From NCBI GenBank assembly GCA_963777955.1, contig CAVZSQ010000021.1:64001-128000 (forward strand): a stretch of DNA of 64,000 nt, read 5' to 3'. Shown here piece after piece: positions 31,570 through 40,976 of this stretch (position 1 is the stretch's first letter; every line of letters starts with the position of its first letter). The translations under genes were made by a program, and so were the position numbers. The notes under the pieces were generated by a model that saw only the letters and a program-made list of their open reading frames with translations, was not told the origin of the DNA and did not search any database. The DNA is from Calditrichia bacterium (GTDB lineage Bacteria > Calditrichota > Calditrichia > JAJRVZ01).

Positions 31570-32622
31570 ATGAAAATTGCTGTAACGTTTAGCAGTAAAC
31601 AAGGACTGCTGAACGAATATAAAAAAAGAATGGGGCCGGATGCGGCGGCTGAAGACATTCCTGCGGATTATTTTGCCGAAGGCGACAGTATGCAAACCAT
31701 TCAAGCGGTTATTGACGCTATCGCCCAGGGGAAATATGAGGTCACAGGCATTGAAGCGGATGATAACCTGGCCGCAGGTCTGCAGAAAATTAAACCTGAT
31801 CTGATTTTTAATATCGCCGAAGGATTATGGGGTGACTGCCGCGAATCTTATGTCCCGATGATCTGTGAAAGATCAGGACTGCCCTACAGTGGCTCCGATC
31901 CTTTGACCCTGGCTATATGTTTGAATAAAGCCCGGGCTAAGGAGATTCTATCTTTCCATAAAATTCCCACACCGGCTTTTAAAATCATTACTCCGGAGGA
32001 TACTTTTAACGTTAATGATTTTAGTTATCCGGCTATTATAAAACCGTTATCGGAAGGAAGCAGTAAAGGGATATTTAATGATTCCGTGGTGAAATCATCC
32101 CGGGAAGCAAAAGAAAGAATTAAATCCAAACTTGATCAATATCGCCAACCGGTATTAATCGAAAAATTTCTGCAAGGCGCAGAATTCACGGTCGCCCTGT
32201 GGGGTAATAATGATCAGATCGAAGTATTGCCCATCGTCGCGATCAATTACCAGCAGTTGCCGGCTGAGGCTCATCCGATTTATTCTTACGAGGCCAAATG
32301 GATCTGGGATACACCGGATAAACCGCTGGAGATCTTCCAGTGTCCGGCCAGGATATCCGCCACCCTGCAAAAACGAATTGCCGCAACCGCGCGAACGGCC
32401 TATCAGGTGCTGAATATACGGGATTGGTGCCGCATCGATATTCGTCTGGATGAGAATAAGATTCCCAACGTTCTGGAGTTAAACCCGCTGCCCGGCATTT
32501 TACCGGATCCTAAAGATAATTCCTGTTTTCCCAAAGCGGCCAGGACCGCAGGTTATAATTATGCGTCCATGTTGCAAAAAGTTGTACAGATTGCAGCCCG
32601 CCGAAACGGCCTGCAAGCTTAA
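31570..32622 (+). CDS. Ddl-like ATP-grasp ligase 1 (non-canonical, KamA-associated)
   Basis: FNIAEG, YSGSD, KP..EGSSKG, EKFL.G.EFTV, YSYEAK, RIDIR, LELNPLPG; lacks the Ddl GGxSxE and LHGxxGED motifs. Confidence 0.85.
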   Translation: MKIAVTFSSKQGLLNEYKKRMGPDAAAEDIPADYFAEGDSMQTIQAVIDAIAQGKYEVTGIEADDNLAAGLQKIKPDLIFNIAEGLWGDCRESYVPMICERSGLPYSGSDPLTLAICLNKARAKEILSFHKIPTPAFKIITPEDTFNVNDFSYPAIIKPLSEGSSKGIFNDSVVKSSREAKERIKSKLDQYRQPVLIEKFLQGAEFTVALWGNNDQIEVLPIVAINYQQLPAEAHPIYSYEAKWIWDTPDKPLEIFQCPARISATLQKRIAATARTAYQVLNIRDWCRIDIRLDENKIPNVLELNPLPGILPDPKDNSCFPKAARTAGYNYASMLQKVVQIAARRNGLQA

Positions 32623-32636
32623 ATGGAATTGTCAAG

Positions 32637-33638
32637 ATGAAAGTATTTCTGGCTTATAACGATCCTCCTAAATTAGAAGAAGAACCCGATCTGATCGATC
32701 TCGTTTCCGAACAGGCTATCAGGGAAGAGATGGAAGCGGTCCGGGATGCCTTGCTGAAATTGGGTCATGTGGTGGAATGTATGCCGATCGACCACATTGA
32801 AAAGGATCTGAAAAAAATTAATCAGTTTAAACCGGATCTGATCTTTAACCTCGTTGAGGGTTATAAAGGGGATGCCGGCATGGAAATGGGTATTGCCGGT
32901 TTATGGGAGTTGAAAGGAATTACCTACACCGGTAATTCTGCCTTGACCCTGGGCCTGGCCCAGAATAAAGCCATGGCCAAAAAATTGTTCCAGGCAGAGA
33001 GCATCCTCACCCCTGATTTTGAAGTATACGAAAGAAGCCCCAAGAAAACCGGTTTAACCTTTCCCTTAATCGTCAAACCTTCGCGCGAGGACGCCAGTCT
33101 GGGCATAACCCAGAATTCGATCGTACATGATCTGCCGCAATTACAGAAAGTCGTGGTGGAAGTTTTAAAGAAATATTCGCAACCGGTACTGGTCGAACAA
33201 TTCATCGACGGCCGGGAATTTAATATCAGCATCCTGGGTAATAATCCCATCCATATTCTGCCAATTTCGGAGATCGATTTCAGTACTCTGGATCCTGGTC
33301 TGTATCCCATTACCACCTATGAAGCGAAATGGATGCCTGACGATCCGCAGTATAAAAAGACACTGCCCCATTGCCCGGCGGAAATTTCTGCCAATCTGAA
33401 AAAACGGTTGGAAGATACTGCCTTATCGGTGTATCGCCTGTTGCGCGGTCGCGATTATGGACGTGTAGATGTACGCATGGATCACCATTCAGATATTTAT
33501 GTACTGGAATATAATCCCAATCCGGATATCTCTCCCGATGCCGGTTTCATACGGTCCCTGAGAGCCGGTGGATACGAATACGAGGATTTTGTTTCGATCG
33601 TCCTGAAGGAAGCTGCCAAGAGGAAAGCTAATGGTTAA
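32637..33638 (+). CDS. Ddl-like ATP-grasp ligase 2 (non-canonical)
   Basis: FNLVEG, YTGN, KP..EDASLG, EQFIDGREF, TYEAKW, RVDVR, LEYNPNPD. Confidence 0.85.
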   Translation: MKVFLAYNDPPKLEEEPDLIDLVSEQAIREEMEAVRDALLKLGHVVECMPIDHIEKDLKKINQFKPDLIFNLVEGYKGDAGMEMGIAGLWELKGITYTGNSALTLGLAQNKAMAKKLFQAESILTPDFEVYERSPKKTGLTFPLIVKPSREDASLGITQNSIVHDLPQLQKVVVEVLKKYSQPVLVEQFIDGREFNISILGNNPIHILPISEIDFSTLDPGLYPITTYEAKWMPDDPQYKKTLPHCPAEISANLKKRLEDTALSVYRLLRGRDYGRVDVRMDHHSDIYVLEYNPNPDISPDAGFIRSLRAGGYEYEDFVSIVLKEAAKRKANG

Positions 33639-34113
33639 ACTGCGAACAATGACGTCGCCGGACCGGGAGCAGATACAAACCATCCTGATTCGTACAGGTT
33701 TTTTTAGCGCTGCTGAAATTGACGTAGCCATGGAATTAGTCGATATCTTCCTATCCCGGCCGGAACAGCAAGACTATTTTGTCTATGTCGCCGAATCTGA
33801 TTCTGCACGGATAAGCGGCTATCTGTGCTTTGGTCCCACTCCGTTGACTGCTGGTACCTACGATCTGTATTGGATTGCCGTGCATCCCGAATTTCAGAAC
33901 CAGGGCATCGGTAAGAAAATGCTGACTTTCTTAGAACAGGAAGTCACCCGTTTGCAGGGACGTCTGATAATTATTGAAACATCTTCGCAAAAAAAATATG
34001 CATCGACCCAGGCATTTTATCTGCGTAGCGGCTATCAGTTGGCTGCGCAGATTAAAGATTTTTATCAGCCTGGTGATGATCGAATGATCTATTCTAAATA
34101 CATTAAAAATTAA
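33631..34113 (+). CDS. GNAT-family N-acetyltransferase
   Basis: LYWIAVHPEFQNQGIG acetyl-CoA motif, IETSS, FYLRSGY; 8-nt overlap with ligase 2. Confidence 0.9.
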   Translation: MVKLRTMTSPDREQIQTILIRTGFFSAAEIDVAMELVDIFLSRPEQQDYFVYVAESDSARISGYLCFGPTPLTAGTYDLYWIAVHPEFQNQGIGKKMLTFLEQEVTRLQGRLIIIETSSQKKYASTQAFYLRSGYQLAAQIKDFYQPGDDRMIYSKYIKN

Positions 34114-34128
34114 AGGAGTCGCCTTACC

Positions 34129-35232
34129 ATGGAACGCTGGCAAAAGATACTACGGAACAGCCTGACCAAGCCGGATGAAATCGCCAAACGCTTCAATATC
34201 CCGCTGGAAGATATACAGGAGGTTGAACAGGAATTCAAAATTCGTATTACTCCCCACTATCTATCTCTGATCAAAGAGAAAGGGGATCCGATTTACCGCC
34301 AGATCGTGCCGGATAAAAATGAACTGGTCGATAATGAATTAATGGAAGATCCCCTGGGAGAAGACCGGGACTCTCCGGTGCATAATGTCGTGCACAGGTA
34401 TCCTGACCGCGTTTTATTCTTAATCAGTCATGTCTGCGCATCCTATTGCCGCTTCTGCACCCGTAAGCGCAAAGTGGGCGATCCGACAAAAATCAGTTGG
34501 CGTTTTATCGATGAAGGCATCGAATATATTGCAGCTCATCCTGAAGTCCGGGATGTTATTTTATCCGGCGGTGATCCTTTGCTGCTGTTAGATGAAAAAA
34601 TCGAATACGTACTGCAGAATTTACGGCGCATACCCCATGTGGAAATTATCCGTATCCATACCCGGGTACCGGTGTTCCTGCCGCAGCGCATAACCGCCAA
34701 ATTGGTTAAAATGCTGAAAAAATATCATCCGCTGTATGTAAACGTTCACTTTAACCACCCGGATGAATTGGCCCCCATTACAGTCAAGGCACTGGGCCGT
34801 CTGGCCGATGCCGGTATCCCGCTGGGAAATCAGTCCGTACTGCTTAAAGGGGTTAACGATGATCCGGAAACGATGAAAAAATTGATGCAGAAATTATTAC
34901 AAGCCCGGGTAAAACCTTATTACATCTATCAGGCCGATATGGTTTTCGGAACCGAACATCTGCGCACCAAGGTTGAAAAAGGGCTGGAAATCATGGAAGC
35001 CCTGCGCGGCTGGACTTCAGGGATGGCCAATCCCTACTTCGTCATCGACGCACCGGGCGGAGGAGGGAAAATTCCCTTATTACCCAACTATGTTCTGCGG
35101 CTTACTGAGGAAGAGGTCGTGTTGCGTAATTATAGCGGACGGGTATTCCGCTATACCCAGACCGTGCAGAATGGGAAAATGCAGATCGAAGAATTGCTGG
35201 CCGAAGAAATTCAAACGTATCTGAAAGATTAA
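34129..35232 (+). CDS. kamA: KamA-family radical SAM/PLP enzyme, lysine 2,3-aminomutase
   Basis: HRYPDR, CASYCRFC, LSGGDP, HFNHP, NQSVLL, YYIYQAD, VIDAPGGGGK (PLP Lys); AAGGAG RBS. Confidence 0.88.
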   Translation: MERWQKILRNSLTKPDEIAKRFNIPLEDIQEVEQEFKIRITPHYLSLIKEKGDPIYRQIVPDKNELVDNELMEDPLGEDRDSPVHNVVHRYPDRVLFLISHVCASYCRFCTRKRKVGDPTKISWRFIDEGIEYIAAHPEVRDVILSGGDPLLLLDEKIEYVLQNLRRIPHVEIIRIHTRVPVFLPQRITAKLVKMLKKYHPLYVNVHFNHPDELAPITVKALGRLADAGIPLGNQSVLLKGVNDDPETMKKLMQKLLQARVKPYYIYQADMVFGTEHLRTKVEKGLEIMEALRGWTSGMANPYFVIDAPGGGGKIPLLPNYVLRLTEEEVVLRNYSGRVFRYTQTVQNGKMQIEELLAEEIQTYLKD

Positions 35233-35236
35233 TTTT

Positions 35237-35560
35237 CTATAATTCAGCGCGGCGCAATAATTTTTTTAGATTACGAATACGTCCCCGCACCTGCAATAGT
35301 TGATCGTGATTCTTGCTTTTAATAGCTTCAGCGCGTTGCATTTTTAATTGCCTGATCTCGGTCTTAATTCCGGATTTATTGATTCCCACCACCTGATGGT
35401 GTACAAACATATCAATATTTAAGGCTTTGCATAAGGCCGCCAGCAGATGCTCTTTATTCAACTGCGTATGCCCCTTAAGAGCCTCGTGCTCGATCCCGGC
35501 TGCGATTTCCCGCATTTCGGCAACTGTCTTTTTCTTCAATTCCTCATAAGTATAAGCCAT
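35237..35560 (-). CDS. Small basic protein with Rho N-terminal-like helix-extended-helix domain
   Basis: YEELKKKTVAEMREIA...LNKEHLLAAL resembles Rho_N; basic helical C-terminus; GGGAGG RBS. Confidence 0.6.
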   Translation of the reverse strand: MAYTYEELKKKTVAEMREIAAGIEHEALKGHTQLNKEHLLAALCKALNIDMFVHHQVVGINKSGIKTEIRQLKMQRAEAIKSKNHDQLLQVRGRIRNLKKLLRRAEL

Positions 35561-35764
35561 AAAACCAACCTCCCTTTGATCATTGTATGAATTAAACTCA
35601 ATATATTAATTCAGAGATTCAATTTCTAAGGAAATTTTATTGCGTCCTTGATAACGGCAGATCCTGTACTTTGATATTGCCCGTCACCATGAACTTGAAT
35701 AAATTTTGTTTTAGAACCTGGCTTTGCCGGTCCTGTCATCAATATAAAGAACGGAGAGGAAAAA

Positions 35765-37861
35765 ATGAAGATGCCCGTAATTTTTTTATTGTTTGTCAGC
35801 CTGCTTTATATTACCTGCTCCCGGCAGGAGTCTAATCCATTCTTCAGCGAATATCAGACCCCCTTTAAAACACCCCCTTTTGATAAAATAAAGGATCAGC
35901 ATTATAAACCTGCTTTTTTAGCCGGTATCAAACAACAGCAGGAACAAGTTGCGGCTATTGCCGGCAATAGCGAACCGCCAACCTTTACTAATACCGTTGC
36001 CGCCCTGGATTACAGCGGCGAATTACTTACCAAAGTCAGCAATGTTTTCAACAACTTACATTCGGCACATACCAGTGATACCCTGCAGCAGATCGCCAGG
36101 GATATGGCGCCCCTTCTGTCCAAAAACCGCGATGACATTTTTCTGAATGATCAACTGTTTCAACGCCTTAAAACCGTTTATGAACAACAGGATTCACTTC
36201 TGTTGCAGGCCGAACAAAAGATGCTGCTGAAAAAATATTACCAGAATTTTGTACGCGGCGGCGCAAATCTGGCTAACACCAGCAAGGAAGAATTAAGAGA
36301 TATCAATAAGCAACTTTCCGAACTGGCTCTGCAATTCGGTGAAAATGTGCTGAAAGAAGATAATGCTTTCACCTTGATCATAACTGACCAGCAAGACCTG
36401 GCCGGACTTCCGCCCAATATCGTCACCGCCGCAGCCGATGCTGCCAAAGAACAAAATAAAGAGGGTAAATGGATCTTTACTTTACATAAACCAAGCCTGA
36501 TCCCCTTCCTGCAATATTCCGCTAAGCGGGATCTGCGGGAAAGGATGTTCAGGGCCTATATCAATCGCGGCAATAACAATGATCAACTGGATAATAAATC
36601 CATTCTGACCGGAATCGTAGACCTGCGTATCAAAAAAGCCAGACTACTGGGTTATCAGACTTATGCCGATTTTGTCCTGGAAGAAAATATGGCTCAAAAT
36701 CCTCAAAATGTTTATACCCTGCTCAACGAGTTGTGGAGTCCCGCCCTGACCATGGCTAAAAAGGAGGCGCTGGCTCTGCAGGAAATGATCCGCAAAGAGG
36801 GACATACCTTTAAACTGCAGCCCTGGGACTGGTGGTACTATACTGAAAAGTTAAGGAAAGAAAAATATTCCCTGGCCGAGGAATTGCTGCGCCCTTATTT
36901 CAAATTGGAGCAGGTGATCGATGGTGCCTTTATGGTAGCCAGTAAACTATATGGCATTACCTTTACCGAGAGGAAAGATATCCCCACCTATCATCCGGAT
37001 GTTAAGGTATTTGAACTGCAGGAAGCCGACGGAAAACATATCGGAATTTTATTCACCGATTATTTCCCACGGAGCAGTAAACGCGGCGGCGCCTGGATGA
37101 ATGACTTTCGCGGACAATATAAAAAGGATGAAGAGAATATCACCCCGATAATTGTCAATGTGGGGAATTTTTCCAAGCCCACCAGCACACAACCGGCCCT
37201 GCTCAGTTTTGAGGAGGTTTCCACGCTGTTCCATGAATTTGGACATGCGCTGCACGGCCTGCTGTCAAACTGCACTTATCCTCTGCTCTCGGGTACCTCC
37301 GTACCGCGTGATTTTGTGGAACTCCCGTCACAGATCATGGAAAACTGGGCCTGCGCTCCCGAAGTCATGAAAATGTATGCCAGGCATTATCAAACCCATG
37401 AACCTATTCCCGATGAATTGATTGCCAAACTTAAACAATCAGAAAAATTTAACCAGGGTTTTATCACCGTGGAATATCTGGCTGCATCTTTTCTTGATCT
37501 GGCCTGGCATACTTTGACTGAATCTAAAGAAATCGGCGTACTGGAATTTGAGAACAACGCCCTGCAAAAAATCGGACTGATTCCGGAAATCGTGACCCGC
37601 TATCGCAGTCCGTATTTCCAGCACATCTTTTCCGGCGGATATTCTGCGGGATATTACAGTTACATCTGGGCCGAGGTGCTGGATGCCGATGCCTTCCAGG
37701 CTTTTAAAGAAAAAGGATTGTTCGATCCGCAGACAGCCAGGGCTTTTCGTGAAAATATTTTAGCCAGCGGCGGTTCCGCAGATCCGCTGGTGCTCTATAA
37801 AAGATTCCGCGGAGCCGAACCGCAAAAGGAGGCCCTGCTGGAACGAAGAGGATTAAATTAA
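35765..37861 (+). CDS. dcp: M3-family peptidyl-dipeptidase Dcp (probable lipoprotein)
   Basis: KRGGAWM, HEFGH, DFVELPSQ, HIF.GGYSAGYYSY.W. Confidence 0.9.
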   Translation: MKMPVIFLLFVSLLYITCSRQESNPFFSEYQTPFKTPPFDKIKDQHYKPAFLAGIKQQQEQVAAIAGNSEPPTFTNTVAALDYSGELLTKVSNVFNNLHSAHTSDTLQQIARDMAPLLSKNRDDIFLNDQLFQRLKTVYEQQDSLLLQAEQKMLLKKYYQNFVRGGANLANTSKEELRDINKQLSELALQFGENVLKEDNAFTLIITDQQDLAGLPPNIVTAAADAAKEQNKEGKWIFTLHKPSLIPFLQYSAKRDLRERMFRAYINRGNNNDQLDNKSILTGIVDLRIKKARLLGYQTYADFVLEENMAQNPQNVYTLLNELWSPALTMAKKEALALQEMIRKEGHTFKLQPWDWWYYTEKLRKEKYSLAEELLRPYFKLEQVIDGAFMVASKLYGITFTERKDIPTYHPDVKVFELQEADGKHIGILFTDYFPRSSKRGGAWMNDFRGQYKKDEENITPIIVNVGNFSKPTSTQPALLSFEEVSTLFHEFGHALHGLLSNCTYPLLSGTSVPRDFVELPSQIMENWACAPEVMKMYARHYQTHEPIPDELIAKLKQSEKFNQGFITVEYLAASFLDLAWHTLTESKEIGVLEFENNALQKIGLIPEIVTRYRSPYFQHIFSGGYSAGYYSYIWAEVLDADAFQAFKEKGLFDPQTARAFRENILASGGSADPLVLYKRFRGAEPQKEALLERRGLN

Positions 37862-37997
37862 ATAAATGTCAAAATCATAATTGTAAATCTCGCATAAAAA
37901 AAATAAATTAAGTGACTCAGATATTGAAATTCAAATCGAGCGCGAAATCATCGATCATATAATCATCTGACTGTACTTATATAAAGGAGGTTGAATA

Positions 37998-40223
37998 ATG
38001 AATAGTGGTAATTTACTCACCCTGGTCTTATCGATCAGTGTTCTGGGATTAATCGCTGCCGCCTGGATGGCACGGTGGGTATTGAAACAAGCTATGGGCC
38101 AGGAAAAAATGGTGAAAATTCATCTGGCCATTAAAGAAGGAGCCGAAGCATTCCTGAGACGTCAGAATAAAACGATTCTTTTTCTGGCTTTTCTATTTGC
38201 AGTGTTTGTATTTGTCGGCTATGGCTTTCTGCGGCCGGCCAGTCCGCATGATCCGCTCGACCGTATAACCCTGGCCCTGTGGATTATGATTTCATTCGTA
38301 CTGGGGGCCTTATGTTCCGTTATTGCCGGTTATGTCGGCATGTGGGTCAGCATTCGTGCCAATATCCGTACCGCCACAGCGGCGATGAGCAGCCTTAACA
38401 ACGCCCTGCGCACCGCTTTACGCGGCGGGGCAGTATCGGGATTACTGGTAGTGGCTTTGAGTTTATTAGGCGTTGGCGGTTTATATGCCCTGGTCACAAT
38501 ATTTTCACCAAGCGTACCAGTAGAAAAAATTCCATTATTAATCGTCGGCTATGGTTTTGGTGCCAGTTTTGTTGCCTTGTTTGCCCAACTGGGCGGTGGA
38601 ATTTATACCAAGGCTGCAGATGTCGGTGCTGACCTGGTGGGAAAAGTGGAAGCAGGAATTCCGGAGGATGATCCGCGCAATCCGGCAGTCATCGCTGACC
38701 TGGTGGGCGATAATGTCGGGGATTGTGCCGGTAGAGGGGCTGATTTATTCGAATCCACCGCAGCTGAAAATATAGGAGCAATGATCCTGGGAGCTACGGT
38801 TGCTCTGCAATCACAAAAAATGGGTATTGCCCTGGCCGCCGGTACCATTGGCTTTATGATGTTCCCCCTGGTTGCCCGTGCTTTTGGAATTATTGCTTCG
38901 ATAGTTGGCATTTTAGCAGTGAAGGTAAAAGAAAAAGAAGATCCGATGCAGGCCCTGAATCGCGGTTATTATATCGCCGTGCTGTTGGCCATGATCGCCT
39001 TCGGTGTAACCTCCCGCTGGCTATTATACAGTGAGCAATTGCCAAATGCCTGGTTATATTTCTTTGGATGCGGTATAATTGGAGTATTGACCTCGGTGGC
39101 CATAGTTTATATCACACAATATTACACTGAATATAAATACCGGCCGGTTAAAAGTATTGCCGAAGCAAGCAAAACCGGACCGGCTACAAATATTATCGCC
39201 GGGATTGCTGTCGGATTTGAATGCACAGCTCTGCCGGTACTCGTTATCTCAGTCGCTATTCTGGCTTCTTACTATCTGGGAAACATGTCGGGTTATCCTC
39301 ATGCCGGATTTTTTGGAACGGCCGTTGCCACCATGGGTATGCTGGCTACCGCCGCCTACATTCTGGCTATGGATACCTTCGGTCCAATCAGTGATAATGC
39401 CGGCGGTATAGTAGAAATGAGCCAGCAACCGGAAGAAGTACGTGTTAAAACCGATCGCCTGGATGCTGTTGGGAATACAACGAAAGCATTGACCAAAGGA
39501 TATGCTATCGGTTCGGCAGCCCTGGCCGCATTTTTACTGTTTATGGCTTATATGGATGAAATTCAGGCCTATACGGGTAGGATTTTTGATGTGGTCAATA
39601 TTAAAGAACCCGCCGTCTTTGTCGCTGGTTTATTGGGCGGAATGCTGGTGTTCCTGTTTTCTGCCCTGGCTATCCGTGCCGTCGGCAGAGCCAGCCAGGC
39701 CATTATCAGTGAAGTACGGGATCAATATAAATCTCTGCCAAGAATTAACGATATCATACAGTTCACCTCCGATTTCAAACCCAATTACGGGGCCTGCGTC
39801 GATATCGTCACTAAAAGCGCCTTGCGGCAGATGATCCTGCCAGGATTGCTGGCAGTTCTGATGCCCATCTCCGTTGGACTTCTTTTCCGTATGTTTATCT
39901 CCCCGGAGCAACCGTTGATCGCTGCTGAGTCGGTCGCTTCCCTGTTAATGATCGGTACTATTGTTGGAATTTTAATGGCCACCTTCCTGAATAATGGCGG
40001 AGGCGCCTGGGATAATGCCAAAAAATATATTGAAGCCGGTGCGCATGGCGGAAAATATCTTACCGACAGCAAAGGAAATAAAACTAAAAATCCTATTCAT
40101 GGAGCCGCCGTGGTCGGTGATACGGTCGGAGATCCATTCAAAGATACAGCCGGACCTTCTCTCCATGTATTGATTAAATTATTATCAACGATCACACTGG
40201 TGCTGGCACCGCTATTCATTTAA
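37998..40223 (+). CDS. hppA: Membrane pyrophosphatase, K+-independent H+-translocating type
   Basis: DVGADLVGKVE, EDDPRN, DNAGG, GDTVGDPFKD; GNTTKALTK carries the Lys determinant of K+-independence. Confidence 0.92.
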   Translation: MNSGNLLTLVLSISVLGLIAAAWMARWVLKQAMGQEKMVKIHLAIKEGAEAFLRRQNKTILFLAFLFAVFVFVGYGFLRPASPHDPLDRITLALWIMISFVLGALCSVIAGYVGMWVSIRANIRTATAAMSSLNNALRTALRGGAVSGLLVVALSLLGVGGLYALVTIFSPSVPVEKIPLLIVGYGFGASFVALFAQLGGGIYTKAADVGADLVGKVEAGIPEDDPRNPAVIADLVGDNVGDCAGRGADLFESTAAENIGAMILGATVALQSQKMGIALAAGTIGFMMFPLVARAFGIIASIVGILAVKVKEKEDPMQALNRGYYIAVLLAMIAFGVTSRWLLYSEQLPNAWLYFFGCGIIGVLTSVAIVYITQYYTEYKYRPVKSIAEASKTGPATNIIAGIAVGFECTALPVLVISVAILASYYLGNMSGYPHAGFFGTAVATMGMLATAAYILAMDTFGPISDNAGGIVEMSQQPEEVRVKTDRLDAVGNTTKALTKGYAIGSAALAAFLLFMAYMDEIQAYTGRIFDVVNIKEPAVFVAGLLGGMLVFLFSALAIRAVGRASQAIISEVRDQYKSLPRINDIIQFTSDFKPNYGACVDIVTKSALRQMILPGLLAVLMPISVGLLFRMFISPEQPLIAAESVASLLMIGTIVGILMATFLNNGGGAWDNAKKYIEAGAHGGKYLTDSKGNKTKNPIHGAAVVGDTVGDPFKDTAGPSLHVLIKLLSTITLVLAPLFI

Positions 40224-40312
40224 TATCCGGGATAGCGAAACAAGTACCTGCGCGGTAAAACGATCAATTAGTTTTTCATTCATCCCCGTCTGCAGTCATT
40301 TCAGGAAAGACA

Positions 40313-40745
40313 CTACACAGACGGGGATTTTTTTAAACGTATCCAGGCAGCATGATATTTCTTCATCCTTTCCTTGTCCTGTTCCGTAATCTCTTTCAAC
40401 CGTTTCAGGTCCATATTGTCTTCCAGATCCGCCAGTTTGATTTTTACAGCCAGCGCATGTCGGCTTAATCCGGTCAATAAATTGATCATACGATTCCTGC
40501 TTGCGCCTGGTCAAATAGTCCACCGTTTCAATTACCTGTGCCGGAAATCCTTCTTCCTGTAAGCCTTTCAGGGTCCAGCGGCTATCTTCCACCACATCAT
40601 GCAACACAGCAGCCATCATCTCCACATCGCTATCCAAACGCAGCATGACCCGCAGGGGGTGTAATATATAGGGAGCTCCGGCTTTATCCTTTTGACCTTT
40701 ATGTGCTTCGATCGCAATATGAATAGCACGTTCCAGATCTGACAT
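40313..40745 (-). CDS. Small HD-domain hydrolase (Mesh1/small alarmone hydrolase-like); apparent +1 insertion ~40460
   Basis: HKGQKDKAGAPYILHP, LHDVVED; KLADLEDN in shifted frame ending TAG at 40313. Confidence 0.8.
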
Positions 40746-40976
40746 AATACTCCTCCTCCTCTTTATTAAATCAATTTGACAGGTTTTTACATAATAAGCT
40801 GCTGTGCTGCTTAGCTAGATTTAGGTCAGATAATACTTAGTGTCGTTAAGTTTTAATATATAAAATATATTAACTATATTTACTAAACTTGGAACATATT
40901 TTTTCGTACACCAGAATAAGCGAATTGGATGAAGAAATATGCAATAAAGATCCCGCATAAACAGGAAAGATTTTCC

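Noticed and set aside
31240..31570. Known riboswitch (lysine, c-di-AMP, SAM) in the long leader
   Set aside because: I could not recognise the conserved core motifs by eye; an Rfam scan is needed.
31570..33638. Calling the two ATP-grasp genes ddl, or a van-type resistance ligase
   Set aside because: They lack the GGxSxE and LHGxxGED motifs, and there are no mur/fts or vanH/vanX neighbours; the context is GNAT plus KamA.
34129..35232. EpmB (EF-P beta-lysylation) or lysine-fermentation KamA
   Set aside because: No efp/epmA or kamDE/kdd/kce genes are adjacent; the gene is embedded in the ligase operon.
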